64,000 nt of DNA from NCBI GenBank assembly GCA_003165595.1, contig PLWQ01000019.1, forward strand, positions 11,341 to 75,340. Direction: 5' to 3'. The DNA is from Fibrobacterota bacterium. GTDB taxonomy: Bacteria > Fibrobacterota > Chitinivibrionia > Chitinivibrionales > FEN-1185. A program made the translations under genes and the position numbers. Under the pieces are notes generated by a model that saw only the letters and a list, made by a program, of their open reading frames with translations, did not search any database and had not been told where the DNA came from. Shown here in pieces: positions 36,890-46,879 of the stretch (within the stretch, counting starts at the first letter, position 1; the number at the start of each line of letters is the position of its first letter).

Positions 36890-37954
36890 ATGTTGCGAAC
36901 AAAGAAATCGTATATCGCCCTGAGCATCGCATTCGTCACGATGCTCGTGCTCACCGGCGCCAAATGCGGCTCCGAAGCGAAGAAGGCGCCTGCTGCCTCG
37001 GCAAAACAGGCCGCCGATTCCGTGGCGGTAAAGGTGGTAGTCGCCGATGTCAACGAGAGTGCGTTTGAGGACTGGGGCAGCTACTCGGCCGACCTGCGCG
37101 GCATCGAAGACGCGAATCTTATCGCGCCCAGTCAGGGAGGCCGTGTCAATTCGCTCAAGCCCGTGGGCACCTATTTCAAGGCCGGCGAAGCCCTGTGCGA
37201 CATCGACGGCGACAAATACGGCGCCGCGCTTGAGGCGGCAAAAGCACAGGTCGCGGTTACGAAAGGCGATCTCGACCGGGCAACCGCCAATGTTGAGAAC
37301 GGCTCGTTGGGTCGATCTGCGCAGGACGCCGCCAACCTCGCCTACCAGAACGCCAAGGTGATGCTGGCAACGGCGAAGCGGGCCTACGAAGATTGCCAGT
37401 GCCAGGCGCCGTTCGACGGGATCCTGGTGAGCCGCAACATCGAGAAATACCAAACCGTTGCTCCGGGTGTAAACACCGTGCGGGTTTCGAGGGTCAGTCA
37501 ATTGGAGGCCGTGATTGCCATACCGGAAACCGAGGCGTATAGCTACGAGGAAGGAATGAAAACCGAATTCCGGCTGCTGCAGCATCCGGAAAAAGCCTAC
37601 GAGGGCAGGCTCACCAGCCTCGATCGGGCCGTGGACACCAAGTCCAGGACGGTCACCGCGCGTATCGTGGTCAACAATCACGACGGCTCTCTCACGCCGG
37701 GCATGGTCGGAAAGGCCAGCATCCTGCGGAAGAAATACGCGAAGGCCATTGTCGTTCCGTCAACGGCACTGGTGCGTCTCCAGACCGGGATCTCTGCCAT
37801 GATCGTTGAAAACGGCGTTGCCAGGCAGCGCGTGGTGAAGGTGGCAGCCTCCAACGTCGACAGTTCGCTCATCAGCGAGGGGCTTCGCTCCGGCGAAAAA
37901 CTGATCGTGACCGGCGCGTTTGAGGTGACCGACGGGACGAAAGTAACGTTCTAA
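36890..37954 (+). CDS. Efflux RND periplasmic adaptor (membrane fusion protein)
   Basis: Lipoyl/hairpin/beta-barrel pattern (APSQGGRVNSL...GEALCDIDGDKY...CQAPFDGILVSRN...TVTARIVVNN). Confidence 0.9.
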   Translation: MLRTKKSYIALSIAFVTMLVLTGAKCGSEAKKAPAASAKQAADSVAVKVVVADVNESAFEDWGSYSADLRGIEDANLIAPSQGGRVNSLKPVGTYFKAGEALCDIDGDKYGAALEAAKAQVAVTKGDLDRATANVENGSLGRSAQDAANLAYQNAKVMLATAKRAYEDCQCQAPFDGILVSRNIEKYQTVAPGVNTVRVSRVSQLEAVIAIPETEAYSYEEGMKTEFRLLQHPEKAYEGRLTSLDRAVDTKSRTVTARIVVNNHDGSLTPGMVGKASILRKKYAKAIVVPSTALVRLQTGISAMIVENGVARQRVVKVAASNVDSSLISEGLRSGEKLIVTGAFEVTDGTKVTF

Positions 37955-37959
37955 AAGAG

Positions 37960-38070
37960 AGTTGAAAGTTTAAAGTTTTAAGTTGAAAGCAATTGGATAC
38001 CTAGCATCTTCGGCAGTCTATCTCCAGGGTATTTTCTTAACTTTCAACTTCCAACTTCCAACTTTCAACT
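37960..38070. repeat. Imperfect 30-bp inverted repeat built of AGTTGAAAG-type units in the mfp-RND spacer
   Basis: The left arm 37960-37989 matches the reverse complement of 38041-38070 at 26 of 30 positions, with perfect outer helices of 11 and 10 bp and a 51-nt loop. Confidence 0.7.
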
Positions 38071-38102
38071 TCAGACTAATTCTGCTTTGAAGGAGAAATT
38101 GA

Positions 38103-41100
38103 ATGACCAAGTTCGCACTAAAGAATCCGGTGTCGGTAATCGTGCTCGCGGCGCTGCTGTTTATAACGGGCCTGATGAGCTTCGGCGGCATGCGCAGGGA
38201 ATCATTCCCCGAAATCAAGATTCCCTATATCTTCGTGACCACGGTGTATCCCGGCGCCAATCCGCCCGAGGTCGAAAACCTCATCACGCAGAAGATCGAA
38301 GACAAGCTCGACGGTATCGACGGCGTCAAGCAGATGACGAGTTCGAGCAACGAGAGCTATTCGAACATCTTTCTCGAATTCGAACCGTCGGTGCAGGTGG
38401 AGGATGCGCTCCGGCGCGTCAAGGACAAGGTCGATCAGGCCAAGGGCGACCTGCCGCTTGACGCAGAAGATCCGATCACCCAGGAACTCAACTTCAACAC
38501 CATACCGATCGTCAATATAGCGCTGTACGCCGATTACGATCTCGAACGCCTCGAAAGCCTGGCCGACAATCTGAAAGACCGCATGGCCAAAATCCCGGGC
38601 GTTTTGGAAGCAAAGGTTCTTGGCAAGCAGGACAAGGAAATCGCCGTGGACGTTGACCCGGCTCTCCTGCAGCAGTACGGGTTGACCTTGTCGGACATTT
38701 CCAAGGCGATTTCCACCCAGCATACCAACGTGCCGGGTGGGACCATGATCACGTCCGGTTTCAGGTTCTCCATCAAGGTGACGGGCGAACTCACCAGCCC
38801 GGACCAGTTCAACGACCTGATAGTCCGCTCCGTCAACGACAAGATGATCCGCATCAGGGACGTCGCGAAGGTGGCGTTCACCTACACGCGCGACCGGCAG
38901 ACAATTTCCCGCACCAACGGCAAACCGTCGCTCACGCTCACGGTTGCGAAACGCACCGGCGAAGATATCGTGCGCATCGTGGACGAGGCGAAGAAGATCA
39001 TCGCCGAAGACCAGGCGCACTGGCCGGCGGGCACGCATTATGAAATCACCTACGACATGTCGAAGAACATCCGGCAGATGGTGGACGAACTTCAAAACCA
39101 TCTTCTCATGGGCATCCTGCTGGTGCTGCTGGTGCTCAGCTTCTTCCTGGGCGTGCGCAACTCGCTCTTTATTTCCACGGCAATTCCCTTTTCCATGTCC
39201 ATGGGCTTTATCATTCTCAACTACATGGGCGTCACCCTCAATATGGTTGTGCTGTTTTCACTGGTGATGGTACTGGGAATGCTGGTGGACGACGGCATCG
39301 TGGTTGTTGAGAACATCTATCGCCATCTTGGAATGGGGAAAAGCAGGTACCAGGCGGCTCTGGACGGCACAAAGGAAGTGATGGTACCGGTGTTTACCGC
39401 GACAGTCACAACCGTAGCGGCCTTTGGGCCGGTATTGTTCATGCCGGGCGTGATGGGCGAATTCATGAAATATCTTCCGTTAACCGTCGGCATCACCTTG
39501 TCGGGTTCTCTGTTTGTCGCGTTCATTTTCAACCCGGTGTTCGCCTCACTCACCATGACCAACAAAGAAGCGCAAAAGCTTGAAGGCGGACAAAAGGGAT
39601 GGTTCGAACGTTTCAAGGATATTTACCGCGGGCTCCTGCAGCGCACGCTCAACCATCCGTGGCTGCTGGCGGTTCTTTGCATCGTTTTTGTGGTCTCCGG
39701 CATTTTCATGTACGGGAAGTTCGGGCCGGGCGTCGTCTTCTTTCCCATCATAGAGCCTGATGTCGCATCTGTCCAGATCGAAGGCCCTCTGTCTCAGGAT
39801 ATTGACATTACCGACGCAACAATCAAGACGCCGGAGGCTGTCGCCATGTCGATGTCTCAAAAAATCGCCTCGGTCAAGACAGTCAACACAATCGTCGGTT
39901 CGGGAAAGTCGTCACGGATGGTTTCGTCCGGTCAGGCGGAAAGCAACAAGGGGTACCTGGACCTGGTATTCGATGATTACGAGACGAGAAAGGTCTCGTC
40001 GTACAAAACCATGAAATGGCTCGAAGACACCTTGCCCGGCCTCGTTCCCGGGTGGAAGCTGCAGGTGATAAAACAGGCCATGGGCCCGCCCACGGGAAAA
40101 CCGGTGGAGCTTGAAATAGGCGGCGACGACTACGCGCAATTGAGTCGGCTTGCCGACAGCCTCAAGACGGTGATACAGAAGGTACCGGGCTTGACAAATG
40201 TAACAACCGACTACGATCCGGCGCGGCCGGAGATACGCGTGAATGTGGACCGCGAACAGGCCAAGCGCCTCGGATTCTCCACGCTTGACGTTGCCAGCGC
40301 GGTCCGCGGTGCCATTTATGGAAACGAAGCCGCCAAGTACCGCGTGGGCAAGGACGAATACAAGATAATGGTCCGTCTGCCGCCCGAGGTGCGCGAAAAC
40401 CTCAACGGTCTAAGTCGGATCGTCGTTTCCAAAGACGGCAAGGAAGCGCCCCTGTCGAGCGTCGCCACTATCACCCAGGGCGCCAACATCGCGTCAATAA
40501 AGCATATCGACGGCAAGAGATCAATCCAGGTGACCGCCGAACTGGCGCCGGGACAAAAGGACGAGCGGGGGCCCAAGAGTCTTGCCTATGCGGCCATCAA
40601 GAAGATCAGCACGCCGCCCGGGTATTCGGTGCGGCCCGGAAGCGGCAACAGGATGCAGGCTGAATCCCAGGGTTTTATCGTAAAGGCGTTCTTTATCGCA
40701 ATGGGACTTGTGTTTCTTACCATGGTGTTCCAGTTCAACTCGCTGTTCCAGCCATTCCTTATCCTCATTGGGATCGCTTTGTCGCTGGGCGGCGTGTTCT
40801 GGGGTCTGCTGATAACCAACAAGATATCTGCACTTGTCAATTTGTTTACCGGCGGCACCGCAGACCTTCGAGACGTCACCTTCGCTGTTCTTATGAGCGG
40901 TGTCGGAATTATCGCGCTTGCGGGAGTTGTCGCGAAAAACGGCATCGTGCTCATAGACTTCATGAACAGGCTCAGGAAGAGCGGGCGTCCGCTTCGCGAG
41001 GCGGTTATCGAGGGCGGCGCAACCCGCTTGCGCCCGGTTCTCCTGACTGCCATCACCGCCATGATAGGGCTTCTGCCGATAGCAACGGGCGTGGGTCTCG

Positions 41101-41288
41101 ATTTTCTCCATCTTGGCTTTGTAACGAGGTCCGAGACCACGCAATGGTGGGCTCCCATGGCATGGGCGATCTTCTGGGGCCTGCTCTTCAACACACTGCT
41201 TGTGCTCGTGGTGACGCCCACCTTCTACTATGCGTGGGAAAGCTGGCGGGAAAAGGCAAAGGCGAGGAAACAGGCAAGGGTTTCATAG
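38103..41288 (+). CDS. RND efflux transporter permease (AcrB/CzcA superfamily)
   Basis: 1061 aa with 12-TM RND topology and two large periplasmic loops. Typical N-terminus FALKNPVSVIVLAALLFITG. Confidence 0.95.
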   Translation: MTKFALKNPVSVIVLAALLFITGLMSFGGMRRESFPEIKIPYIFVTTVYPGANPPEVENLITQKIEDKLDGIDGVKQMTSSSNESYSNIFLEFEPSVQVEDALRRVKDKVDQAKGDLPLDAEDPITQELNFNTIPIVNIALYADYDLERLESLADNLKDRMAKIPGVLEAKVLGKQDKEIAVDVDPALLQQYGLTLSDISKAISTQHTNVPGGTMITSGFRFSIKVTGELTSPDQFNDLIVRSVNDKMIRIRDVAKVAFTYTRDRQTISRTNGKPSLTLTVAKRTGEDIVRIVDEAKKIIAEDQAHWPAGTHYEITYDMSKNIRQMVDELQNHLLMGILLVLLVLSFFLGVRNSLFISTAIPFSMSMGFIILNYMGVTLNMVVLFSLVMVLGMLVDDGIVVVENIYRHLGMGKSRYQAALDGTKEVMVPVFTATVTTVAAFGPVLFMPGVMGEFMKYLPLTVGITLSGSLFVAFIFNPVFASLTMTNKEAQKLEGGQKGWFERFKDIYRGLLQRTLNHPWLLAVLCIVFVVSGIFMYGKFGPGVVFFPIIEPDVASVQIEGPLSQDIDITDATIKTPEAVAMSMSQKIASVKTVNTIVGSGKSSRMVSSGQAESNKGYLDLVFDDYETRKVSSYKTMKWLEDTLPGLVPGWKLQVIKQAMGPPTGKPVELEIGGDDYAQLSRLADSLKTVIQKVPGLTNVTTDYDPARPEIRVNVDREQAKRLGFSTLDVASAVRGAIYGNEAAKYRVGKDEYKIMVRLPPEVRENLNGLSRIVVSKDGKEAPLSSVATITQGANIASIKHIDGKRSIQVTAELAPGQKDERGPKSLAYAAIKKISTPPGYSVRPGSGNRMQAESQGFIVKAFFIAMGLVFLTMVFQFNSLFQPFLILIGIALSLGGVFWGLLITNKISALVNLFTGGTADLRDVTFAVLMSGVGIIALAGVVAKNGIVLIDFMNRLRKSGRPLREAVIEGGATRLRPVLLTAITAMIGLLPIATGVGLDFLHLGFVTRSETTQWWAPMAWAIFWGLLFNTLLVLVVTPTFYYAWESWREKAKARKQARVS

Positions 41289-41333
41289 CTTGCAAAATAG
41301 AAAGTTTTGTCTAATTCTTTTTGGTCGGTACTT

Positions 41334-41510
41334 GGGCGCCCCGCGGCTTCGCCGCGGCGGCTCTCCTTGCGAGCTCGGCCAATAGCCTCGGTGCCGCCTG
41401 CCGCAACGGCCTGCGGCCGCGGTCAGGCGGCCCTGCGCTCCAGCGCACTCTCCAGTCCAGCCTGGCGCTGGGCAGAGGATGAATGCCACATTTGTCAAGA
41501 TGGCAAAGGC
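41334..41510 (+). repeat. GC-rich dispersed structured element, copy 2 (plus strand)
   Basis: Colinear with the reverse complement of 4865-5040. Hairpins CCGCGGC-TTC-GCCGCGG (41341-41357) and TGCGC-TCCA-GCGCA (41434-41447). Confidence 0.75.
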
Positions 41511-41693
41511 ACGACCCGATCTTGACATCAGCCCAATTACTGCTTCAACCGGAAGACTGCATCCTGCTAAAGACTTTCAACCCCGACACTTGCGCGATCA
41601 GTCTATCCTGCCGTCCGTTGAAATCATGACAGGGCTGATGTATTTTGCAGTGGGAAAAGTTCTAAAAGTTGTTGGGATCGAAAGGGACTTCGG

Positions 41694-41924
41694 GTGCGAA
41701 AATCCTTCATGAGCACTATATTCGCCATTGTGCTTCTTAGCACCGGCTGTGCGCCCGTGATGCCGCCGCCACCTCCTCCTGCCGTGGTAATGCCGGCGCG
41801 GCCCCATGCCGACGCGGTGTGGGTTACGGGGCATTACAAATGGCGCCCCTGGGCCCACCGCTATCAATGGGTCCCCGGCCACTGGAAAGTCAGGCGGGGC
41901 AGGACGTGGGTCATCATCAACTGA
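41694..41924 (+). CDS. Small lipoprotein with YxWxxGxW-type Trp/His-rich repeats
   Basis: Signal/lipobox MRKSFMSTIFAIVLLSTGC, a poly-Pro stretch, then WVTGHYKWRPWAHRYQWVPGHWKVRRG. GTG start after AAGGGA. Confidence 0.65.
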   Translation: MRKSFMSTIFAIVLLSTGCAPVMPPPPPPAVVMPARPHADAVWVTGHYKWRPWAHRYQWVPGHWKVRRGRTWVIIN

Positions 41925-43375
41925 TGTCTCCGGAAACACCAATGTCAAAAATCCTTTTTGTAGAGCCTCCGCCGACGCTCGATTGGACCGTTGGTTCCAA
42001 GGTATCGAAGGCGGGCAGGCGTCATCCGTGCCTCAACGAGACCGGCGAGCAGGTTTACAGCTACCAGAACCTTTCGTGCGCAGCCGTGCTTCGCAATGCC
42101 GGGCATGCGGTGGAGTACCTCCATTGTCCCACGCAGCGGCTCGATCTCCCTATGACAAAAGAGGAAATTTCGAAGCGCAAGCCCGGCATGCTCGTTATCA
42201 TGGTGGAGCATATCAACGCACCCGTGGCGTGGGAGGTGAGCAGGCACGCAAAGGACAATGGCGTGACGGTTGTGTGGGTGGGGCCGTTCGTGACGTCGCT
42301 GCACGAAAACGAAATCAAACGCGCGTGCGTCGATTTTATCCTGCGAAAGGAATGGGACTATTCGGTTGGGGCGCTGGCGCACGCGGTTATCGCCGGAGAA
42401 GATCTCGCAACGGTAAAGGGACTCACCTGGAAGGACCGGGCCGGCGGCTCGCGCGTGAACCCGGACGTCGACCCCATAGCCGACCTCGACAGTCTTCCCA
42501 TTCCTGCCTACGATCTTCTCGACTTGAGCAAGTTCTACGAAAGCGTGTTCGTTGCGTTTCCCGCGGCAACCATGATCACCTCGAGAGGATGCCCGTTCAA
42601 CTGCATCTTCTGCTCCTACCCGCAGACCATTTACGGACACAAATACCGCGCCATGTCGCCCGAGCGCGTTGTACGCGAGATCGAGTTTCTGGTGAACGAC
42701 CGGGGCGTCCGGGAAATCCGCATCGACGACGACACCTTCAACGTGGACCGCCAGCGCGTTGTTGATATATGCAAGCTCATGGTGGAACGGAAGGTTCGTG
42801 TGCTGTATTCGGTACAGGCGCGGGCGCAGCTCATGACCGAGGAGACCGCCTACTGGCTCAAGAAATCCGGGTGCCGCATGGTGCTTTTCGGCGTGGAATC
42901 GGGCAACGAAGAGGTACTCAAGCACATGCGCAAGAACACCACCAAGGACGAAATAAGGCGCGGGGTCGCTCTTGCCAAGAAACACGGCCTGGATGTCCTC
43001 AACTGCATCATGCTGGGGTTTTACTGGGACACCAAGGAAACCATGGAAGAATCGATGGCTTTCGCGTTCGAGCTTAATGCGGAATTTACCCAGGTGTCGG
43101 CGCCCACGCCCCTGCCGGGAACCGACTACTTCAAATTGCTCAAGGATAACAATTGTCTGCTCACCGAGGATTGGGACAAGCACGACAGCGTGCACCATTC
43201 CGCGGTCGAGCTGCCGCATTTGTCAAATGACCTCATCAACGGTTATCTGTCGACCTTCTATCGCCGGTATTACCGCAGGCCCAGGTATCTCTGGATGATG
43301 GTGAGGCGGTCGCTGCGGTCGTGGGGCAATTTTACCCAGAGCCTTCGCAAGTTCAACGTCCTTTTTACAAAATAG
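41924..43375 (+). CDS. B12-binding-domain radical SAM protein
   Basis: The ATG overlaps the preceding TGA (TGATG). N-terminal B12-like domain, then the cluster motif SRGCPFNCIFCSYP. Confidence 0.85.
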   Translation: MSPETPMSKILFVEPPPTLDWTVGSKVSKAGRRHPCLNETGEQVYSYQNLSCAAVLRNAGHAVEYLHCPTQRLDLPMTKEEISKRKPGMLVIMVEHINAPVAWEVSRHAKDNGVTVVWVGPFVTSLHENEIKRACVDFILRKEWDYSVGALAHAVIAGEDLATVKGLTWKDRAGGSRVNPDVDPIADLDSLPIPAYDLLDLSKFYESVFVAFPAATMITSRGCPFNCIFCSYPQTIYGHKYRAMSPERVVREIEFLVNDRGVREIRIDDDTFNVDRQRVVDICKLMVERKVRVLYSVQARAQLMTEETAYWLKKSGCRMVLFGVESGNEEVLKHMRKNTTKDEIRRGVALAKKHGLDVLNCIMLGFYWDTKETMEESMAFAFELNAEFTQVSAPTPLPGTDYFKLLKDNNCLLTEDWDKHDSVHHSAVELPHLSNDLINGYLSTFYRRYYRRPRYLWMMVRRSLRSWGNFTQSLRKFNVLFTK

Positions 43376-43478
43376 ATTACCCGGGTTTGACACTCCGCGG
43401 CCGGGGGAGTATAATCTCGTAACGAACCGGCGGTCGCTGCGCTGGAATCCGTTTCCTTCTTCATGGACAGTCTGATCA

Positions 43479-45425
43479 ATGCCGTTCACTCTCAAGGACT
43501 ATTCCGACATCAGGGAGCTTGCCAAGGGCGGCATGAGCAGGATATACTGCGCCACCCAGATTTCACTCAAGAGGCAGGTCGTGATCAAGGAAATGGCCGC
43601 CGGTCTTGTCACCACCACCAGCGAGATCAAACGGTTCGAAAACGAGGCGCAGGCCGGCGCGTCGCTCTCCCACGACAACATCATCCGGATCTACGACTTC
43701 GGCGAGGAAAAAGGGTCGTTTTACATCGCGATGGAGTTTGTTGACGGATTGGACCTTGACCGCCTCCTGCGGCAACAGGATTTTCCCCGCGAGATAGGGT
43801 TGATGATCCTGCAGCAGGCGCTGCGCGGTCTGGCCTATGCGCACGAAAAGGGCGTCGTTCATCGCGATGTCAAGGCGGCCAATATCCTGGTGGGGAGTAC
43901 CGGCGCGGTGAAGGTGGTCGATTTCGGTCTTGCATACGCGGGCGCGCGGTCCGCGCAGCTCACGTCCACCGGCGCGATCGTGGGTACGCCGGTGTACATG
44001 TCTCCCGAGCTTGTAAACGGCGAAGAAACCAAGAACCCGCGCATGGACATCTGGGCCGCCGGTGTGCTTCTGTATCGTTTGATAACCGGCGAGTTTCCAT
44101 TTACAGGAGAGAATGTCCCTTCGACGCTCATCAACATAATCCAGAACAAGGAAAAACCGGCCGAAGAGATCGACAAGACGTTGCCCGCCTCCGTGGCAGG
44201 CCACCTCCACGACTGTCTCGAAAAAGACCACACCAAGCGTCTCTCGACGCTTGCGCCGCTCATCCAGGCCCTGCAGGACTATTTCTTTGAGCTTGGCGTT
44301 CGCGACCCTGTCGACATGATCAAACGGTATTTTGCCGACAAGGATGCGGCTGTCGGGGAATTGCAGGCACTGTGTGCGCGGTATCACTGGAACAAAGGCA
44401 ACGAACTTGTCGGCGACGGGAAGCATGTCGCTGCCCTGGCGCACTACAAAGAAGCTCTCAAACGCGATCCGAAGAGTAATGAGATTGCACAGGCGGTTGC
44501 AACGGCCGAAGACTATGTGGCAGCCACGCTCACCACCAGGACCGCAAACGTGCAGCAGTATGTTGTGACCCAGGTTCGTGCAAAAAGGCGTGCAGGCAAG
44601 GCACGAAGATCCGTTGGCCGGATGGTTGGCGTTGTTGCTGCGCTTCTTGTGGCCGGGTTTGTTTTCGCTTATCAACCCCTTCCCGACGCATTGAGAGCAG
44701 TACCCGGACTGCAGTCGGCGCACAAGCTGGCGCATTCTGCGCCATGGCAAACAATCTGGAGAACAGTGGGAAACACGGGAGAGCACATGGTGAAGTTGGC
44801 AAACCGTATCCGGGAAGCGCAGCCGGACGTTTCTCAGCGCGTCGCGGGCAGGGGGCAGCCGGCCACGGTTGCAAACAGTGCGGTCGCAGCGCGCGTCGTT
44901 GCTAAGACGGATTCCGGAGCGACCGCTGCAGCGGCGGGCAATCGTCCTCAGAACCTGCAGGTCCCCGGCCCCTTGCCGGGGCTGGTGAGGGTAGAGGTGA
45001 ATCCTGCATCGGCGGAAGTCAAGATAGACAACAAGGAAATCATGGCGCCCAAGGAGCGAAGCGGGGGCGTGTTCCTTGCCAAAGGCGTGCATCAGTTCTC
45101 GGCAGCCGCCGAAGGATTTGGTCCTGCAACCACATCGATTGCCGTGTCCGGAAGCGATACGCAGACTGTGATGATCGGGCTGACGCCGCTGGAGAAGAAG
45201 CCCGGCGCGCTCCAGATATTTTCGGACATTGCCGCCGAGATTTACATCGATGGAGAGTTCAAAGGAAATACGCCGACCTCCGCGCCCATCGCACTTGCGG
45301 AAGGGGAACACGCGGTTGTTTTCAAGCGTCCTGGATTTGCGCCGTACCAGAAAACGGTGCAAATAAAGTCCGGCGAGACCCGTGAGATGAAGGTCGAATC
45401 GCAGAGCGGCAAGGACTGGGAGTGA
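43479..45425 (+). CDS. Ser/Thr protein kinase with TPR-like region, TM helix and two extracytoplasmic PEGA domains
   Basis: Hanks kinase motifs VIKEM, HRDVKAANILV, DFGLA and GTPVYMSPE. TM helix VVAALLVAGFVFAY. PEGA blocks LVRVEVNPASAEVKIDNKE and LQIFSDIAAEIYIDGEFKGNTP. Confidence 0.9.
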   Translation: MPFTLKDYSDIRELAKGGMSRIYCATQISLKRQVVIKEMAAGLVTTTSEIKRFENEAQAGASLSHDNIIRIYDFGEEKGSFYIAMEFVDGLDLDRLLRQQDFPREIGLMILQQALRGLAYAHEKGVVHRDVKAANILVGSTGAVKVVDFGLAYAGARSAQLTSTGAIVGTPVYMSPELVNGEETKNPRMDIWAAGVLLYRLITGEFPFTGENVPSTLINIIQNKEKPAEEIDKTLPASVAGHLHDCLEKDHTKRLSTLAPLIQALQDYFFELGVRDPVDMIKRYFADKDAAVGELQALCARYHWNKGNELVGDGKHVAALAHYKEALKRDPKSNEIAQAVATAEDYVAATLTTRTANVQQYVVTQVRAKRRAGKARRSVGRMVGVVAALLVAGFVFAYQPLPDALRAVPGLQSAHKLAHSAPWQTIWRTVGNTGEHMVKLANRIREAQPDVSQRVAGRGQPATVANSAVAARVVAKTDSGATAAAAGNRPQNLQVPGPLPGLVRVEVNPASAEVKIDNKEIMAPKERSGGVFLAKGVHQFSAAAEGFGPATTSIAVSGSDTQTVMIGLTPLEKKPGALQIFSDIAAEIYIDGEFKGNTPTSAPIALAEGEHAVVFKRPGFAPYQKTVQIKSGETREMKVESQSGKDWE

Positions 45426-45448
45426 AATACCGCGGACTCCCCTGATAT

Positions 45449-46879
45449 TCACTCCCGAATCTTCACAAAGAACATCAGCGCCATTGCCGGAATAGTGGCG
45501 CAAAAGCCGATCACGAAAAGGTTGGTATAGCCAAGGTGCTCCACGATTATCCCGCTGAACGTCCCGAAGATCGTTGAGAAAACCGACATGAACGCAGACC
45601 CGATGGCATAGTGCCCCGCCTTGAATTCCTTCTTGCACGTTTGCAATATGTAAACGATAAGCACGGCGTTGCCCAGGCCGGCCGCAATCTGTTCGTAACA
45701 GTACACGCCGCCGATGGTGAGCATGCCCGAAAGCGACGTCGCGTAGGGCCGCTGCCAGGCGAGCCATACGTAGGCGAGAATGTTTACGTTCATCAGCAGG
45801 GTGAGCGGCCAGATCGCCCTTGCAAGCCCCGTTTTCTTTATCCACAACCCGCCTACGGTAGTACCGACAATGGAACCGAAAAGTCCCACGAGTCCGCTCA
45901 TCCATGCCAGCTGAATATTGGTGACCAACAGATAGCGTTTGAGAAACGGGGTGCCCATGGAAAAGATGATTTCGTCGCCGATCTTATAGCAAATAATGAA
46001 AAGAAGACTGAGCGCAACGGCCGGCTTTGCCTGAACTGCCATGACAACGAGGAGCGCCAGGATGCCGAAATTCATGGCTGGTACGGCTTCCGTCTTGCAT
46101 ATGAGAAGCACCGCGAACGTCGCCATGGCGGCGCCGACGCCGCTTGCAAGGGCGGTGAATGACTGCCGCCTTGATATTTCCAGGTAGGAAGAAAACGAGG
46201 TGAGAAAATCGTCCGCGGCCTTGCGTATGGTGGCGCCGGGTTTCTGCGCCGTGCCGAAGTCCGGAAGCGCAAACAGATGATAGACGGCGAACAATCCCAT
46301 GATGGCCGCCGCCGCGGCGAAGCCGAAGCTCCAGGCCGTGTAAATGCTGCCGCCCGCGACGCGTTTGGCGGTCATGCCGACGGCGTAGATGATACCGAAC
46401 TTTGCCACTACAAGCGCCAGGCGGTAGGCGAAAACCCGGTAGCCCGTGTAGGCGGCCTGTTCCTTGGTGTCGGTGAGACCTTCCATGTAATAGCCGTCGA
46501 TGACCACGTCGTTGGTGGCGGCGACAAACGCCATTATGACAAACAGGAACACGAAAATGGAATCGGGAACCGCAATGCCATGTGCCTTGCCTGCCACTGA
46601 GCATAGCGCTGCGGCGAGTAATGCAAGCACTGCGACTGCCGCCTGCACGCTCTGCATCCACCGGCGTTTGCCGCCGAAAATGTCGACAAGCGGCGCCCAC
46701 AAGAATTTGGCGTTCCACGGCAGTCCCAGCGCGTTGAGGTACCCCAGGTAACGCTCACGCATGCCGATGTCGGTGAAGAACACCGAGGTCATCATGCGTA
46801 CGATTCCGAAGGGAAATCCTTCGGCAAAATAGGTGGTGAAGCACCAGGCGGAAGGTTTTCTGAGAGTATCGGATTTCAT
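45449..46879 (-). CDS. ampG: MFS transporter, AmpG (muropeptide permease) family
   Basis: AmpG-type N-terminus YFAEGFPFGIV...LGLPWNAKFLWAPLVDIFG. About 12-14 TM helices. Start MKSDTLRK immediately follows the upstream stop. Confidence 0.75.
   Translation of the reverse strand: MKSDTLRKPSAWCFTTYFAEGFPFGIVRMMTSVFFTDIGMRERYLGYLNALGLPWNAKFLWAPLVDIFGGKRRWMQSVQAAVAVLALLAAALCSVAGKAHGIAVPDSIFVFLFVIMAFVAATNDVVIDGYYMEGLTDTKEQAAYTGYRVFAYRLALVVAKFGIIYAVGMTAKRVAGGSIYTAWSFGFAAAAAIMGLFAVYHLFALPDFGTAQKPGATIRKAADDFLTSFSSYLEISRRQSFTALASGVGAAMATFAVLLICKTEAVPAMNFGILALLVVMAVQAKPAVALSLLFIICYKIGDEIIFSMGTPFLKRYLLVTNIQLAWMSGLVGLFGSIVGTTVGGLWIKKTGLARAIWPLTLLMNVNILAYVWLAWQRPYATSLSGMLTIGGVYCYEQIAAGLGNAVLIVYILQTCKKEFKAGHYAIGSAFMSVFSTIFGTFSGIIVEHLGYTNLFVIGFCATIPAMALMFFVKIRE

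Noticed and set aside
41945-43219. 424-aa minus-strand ORF over the B12-radical-SAM gene
   Set aside because: It is a shadow ORF opposite a gene with clear CxxxCxxC and B12-domain features. Similar shadow ORFs at 52254-53417, 36689-37681, 38202-39101 and 29138-29980 were rejected for the same reason.
43563-45905. 780-aa minus-strand ORF spanning the kinase gene and part of ampG
   Set aside because: It is antisense to a kinase that has all the Hanks motifs. Its text is Arg/His/Gly-rich and low in complexity, there is no RBS, and it crosses an intergenic region without any change in character.
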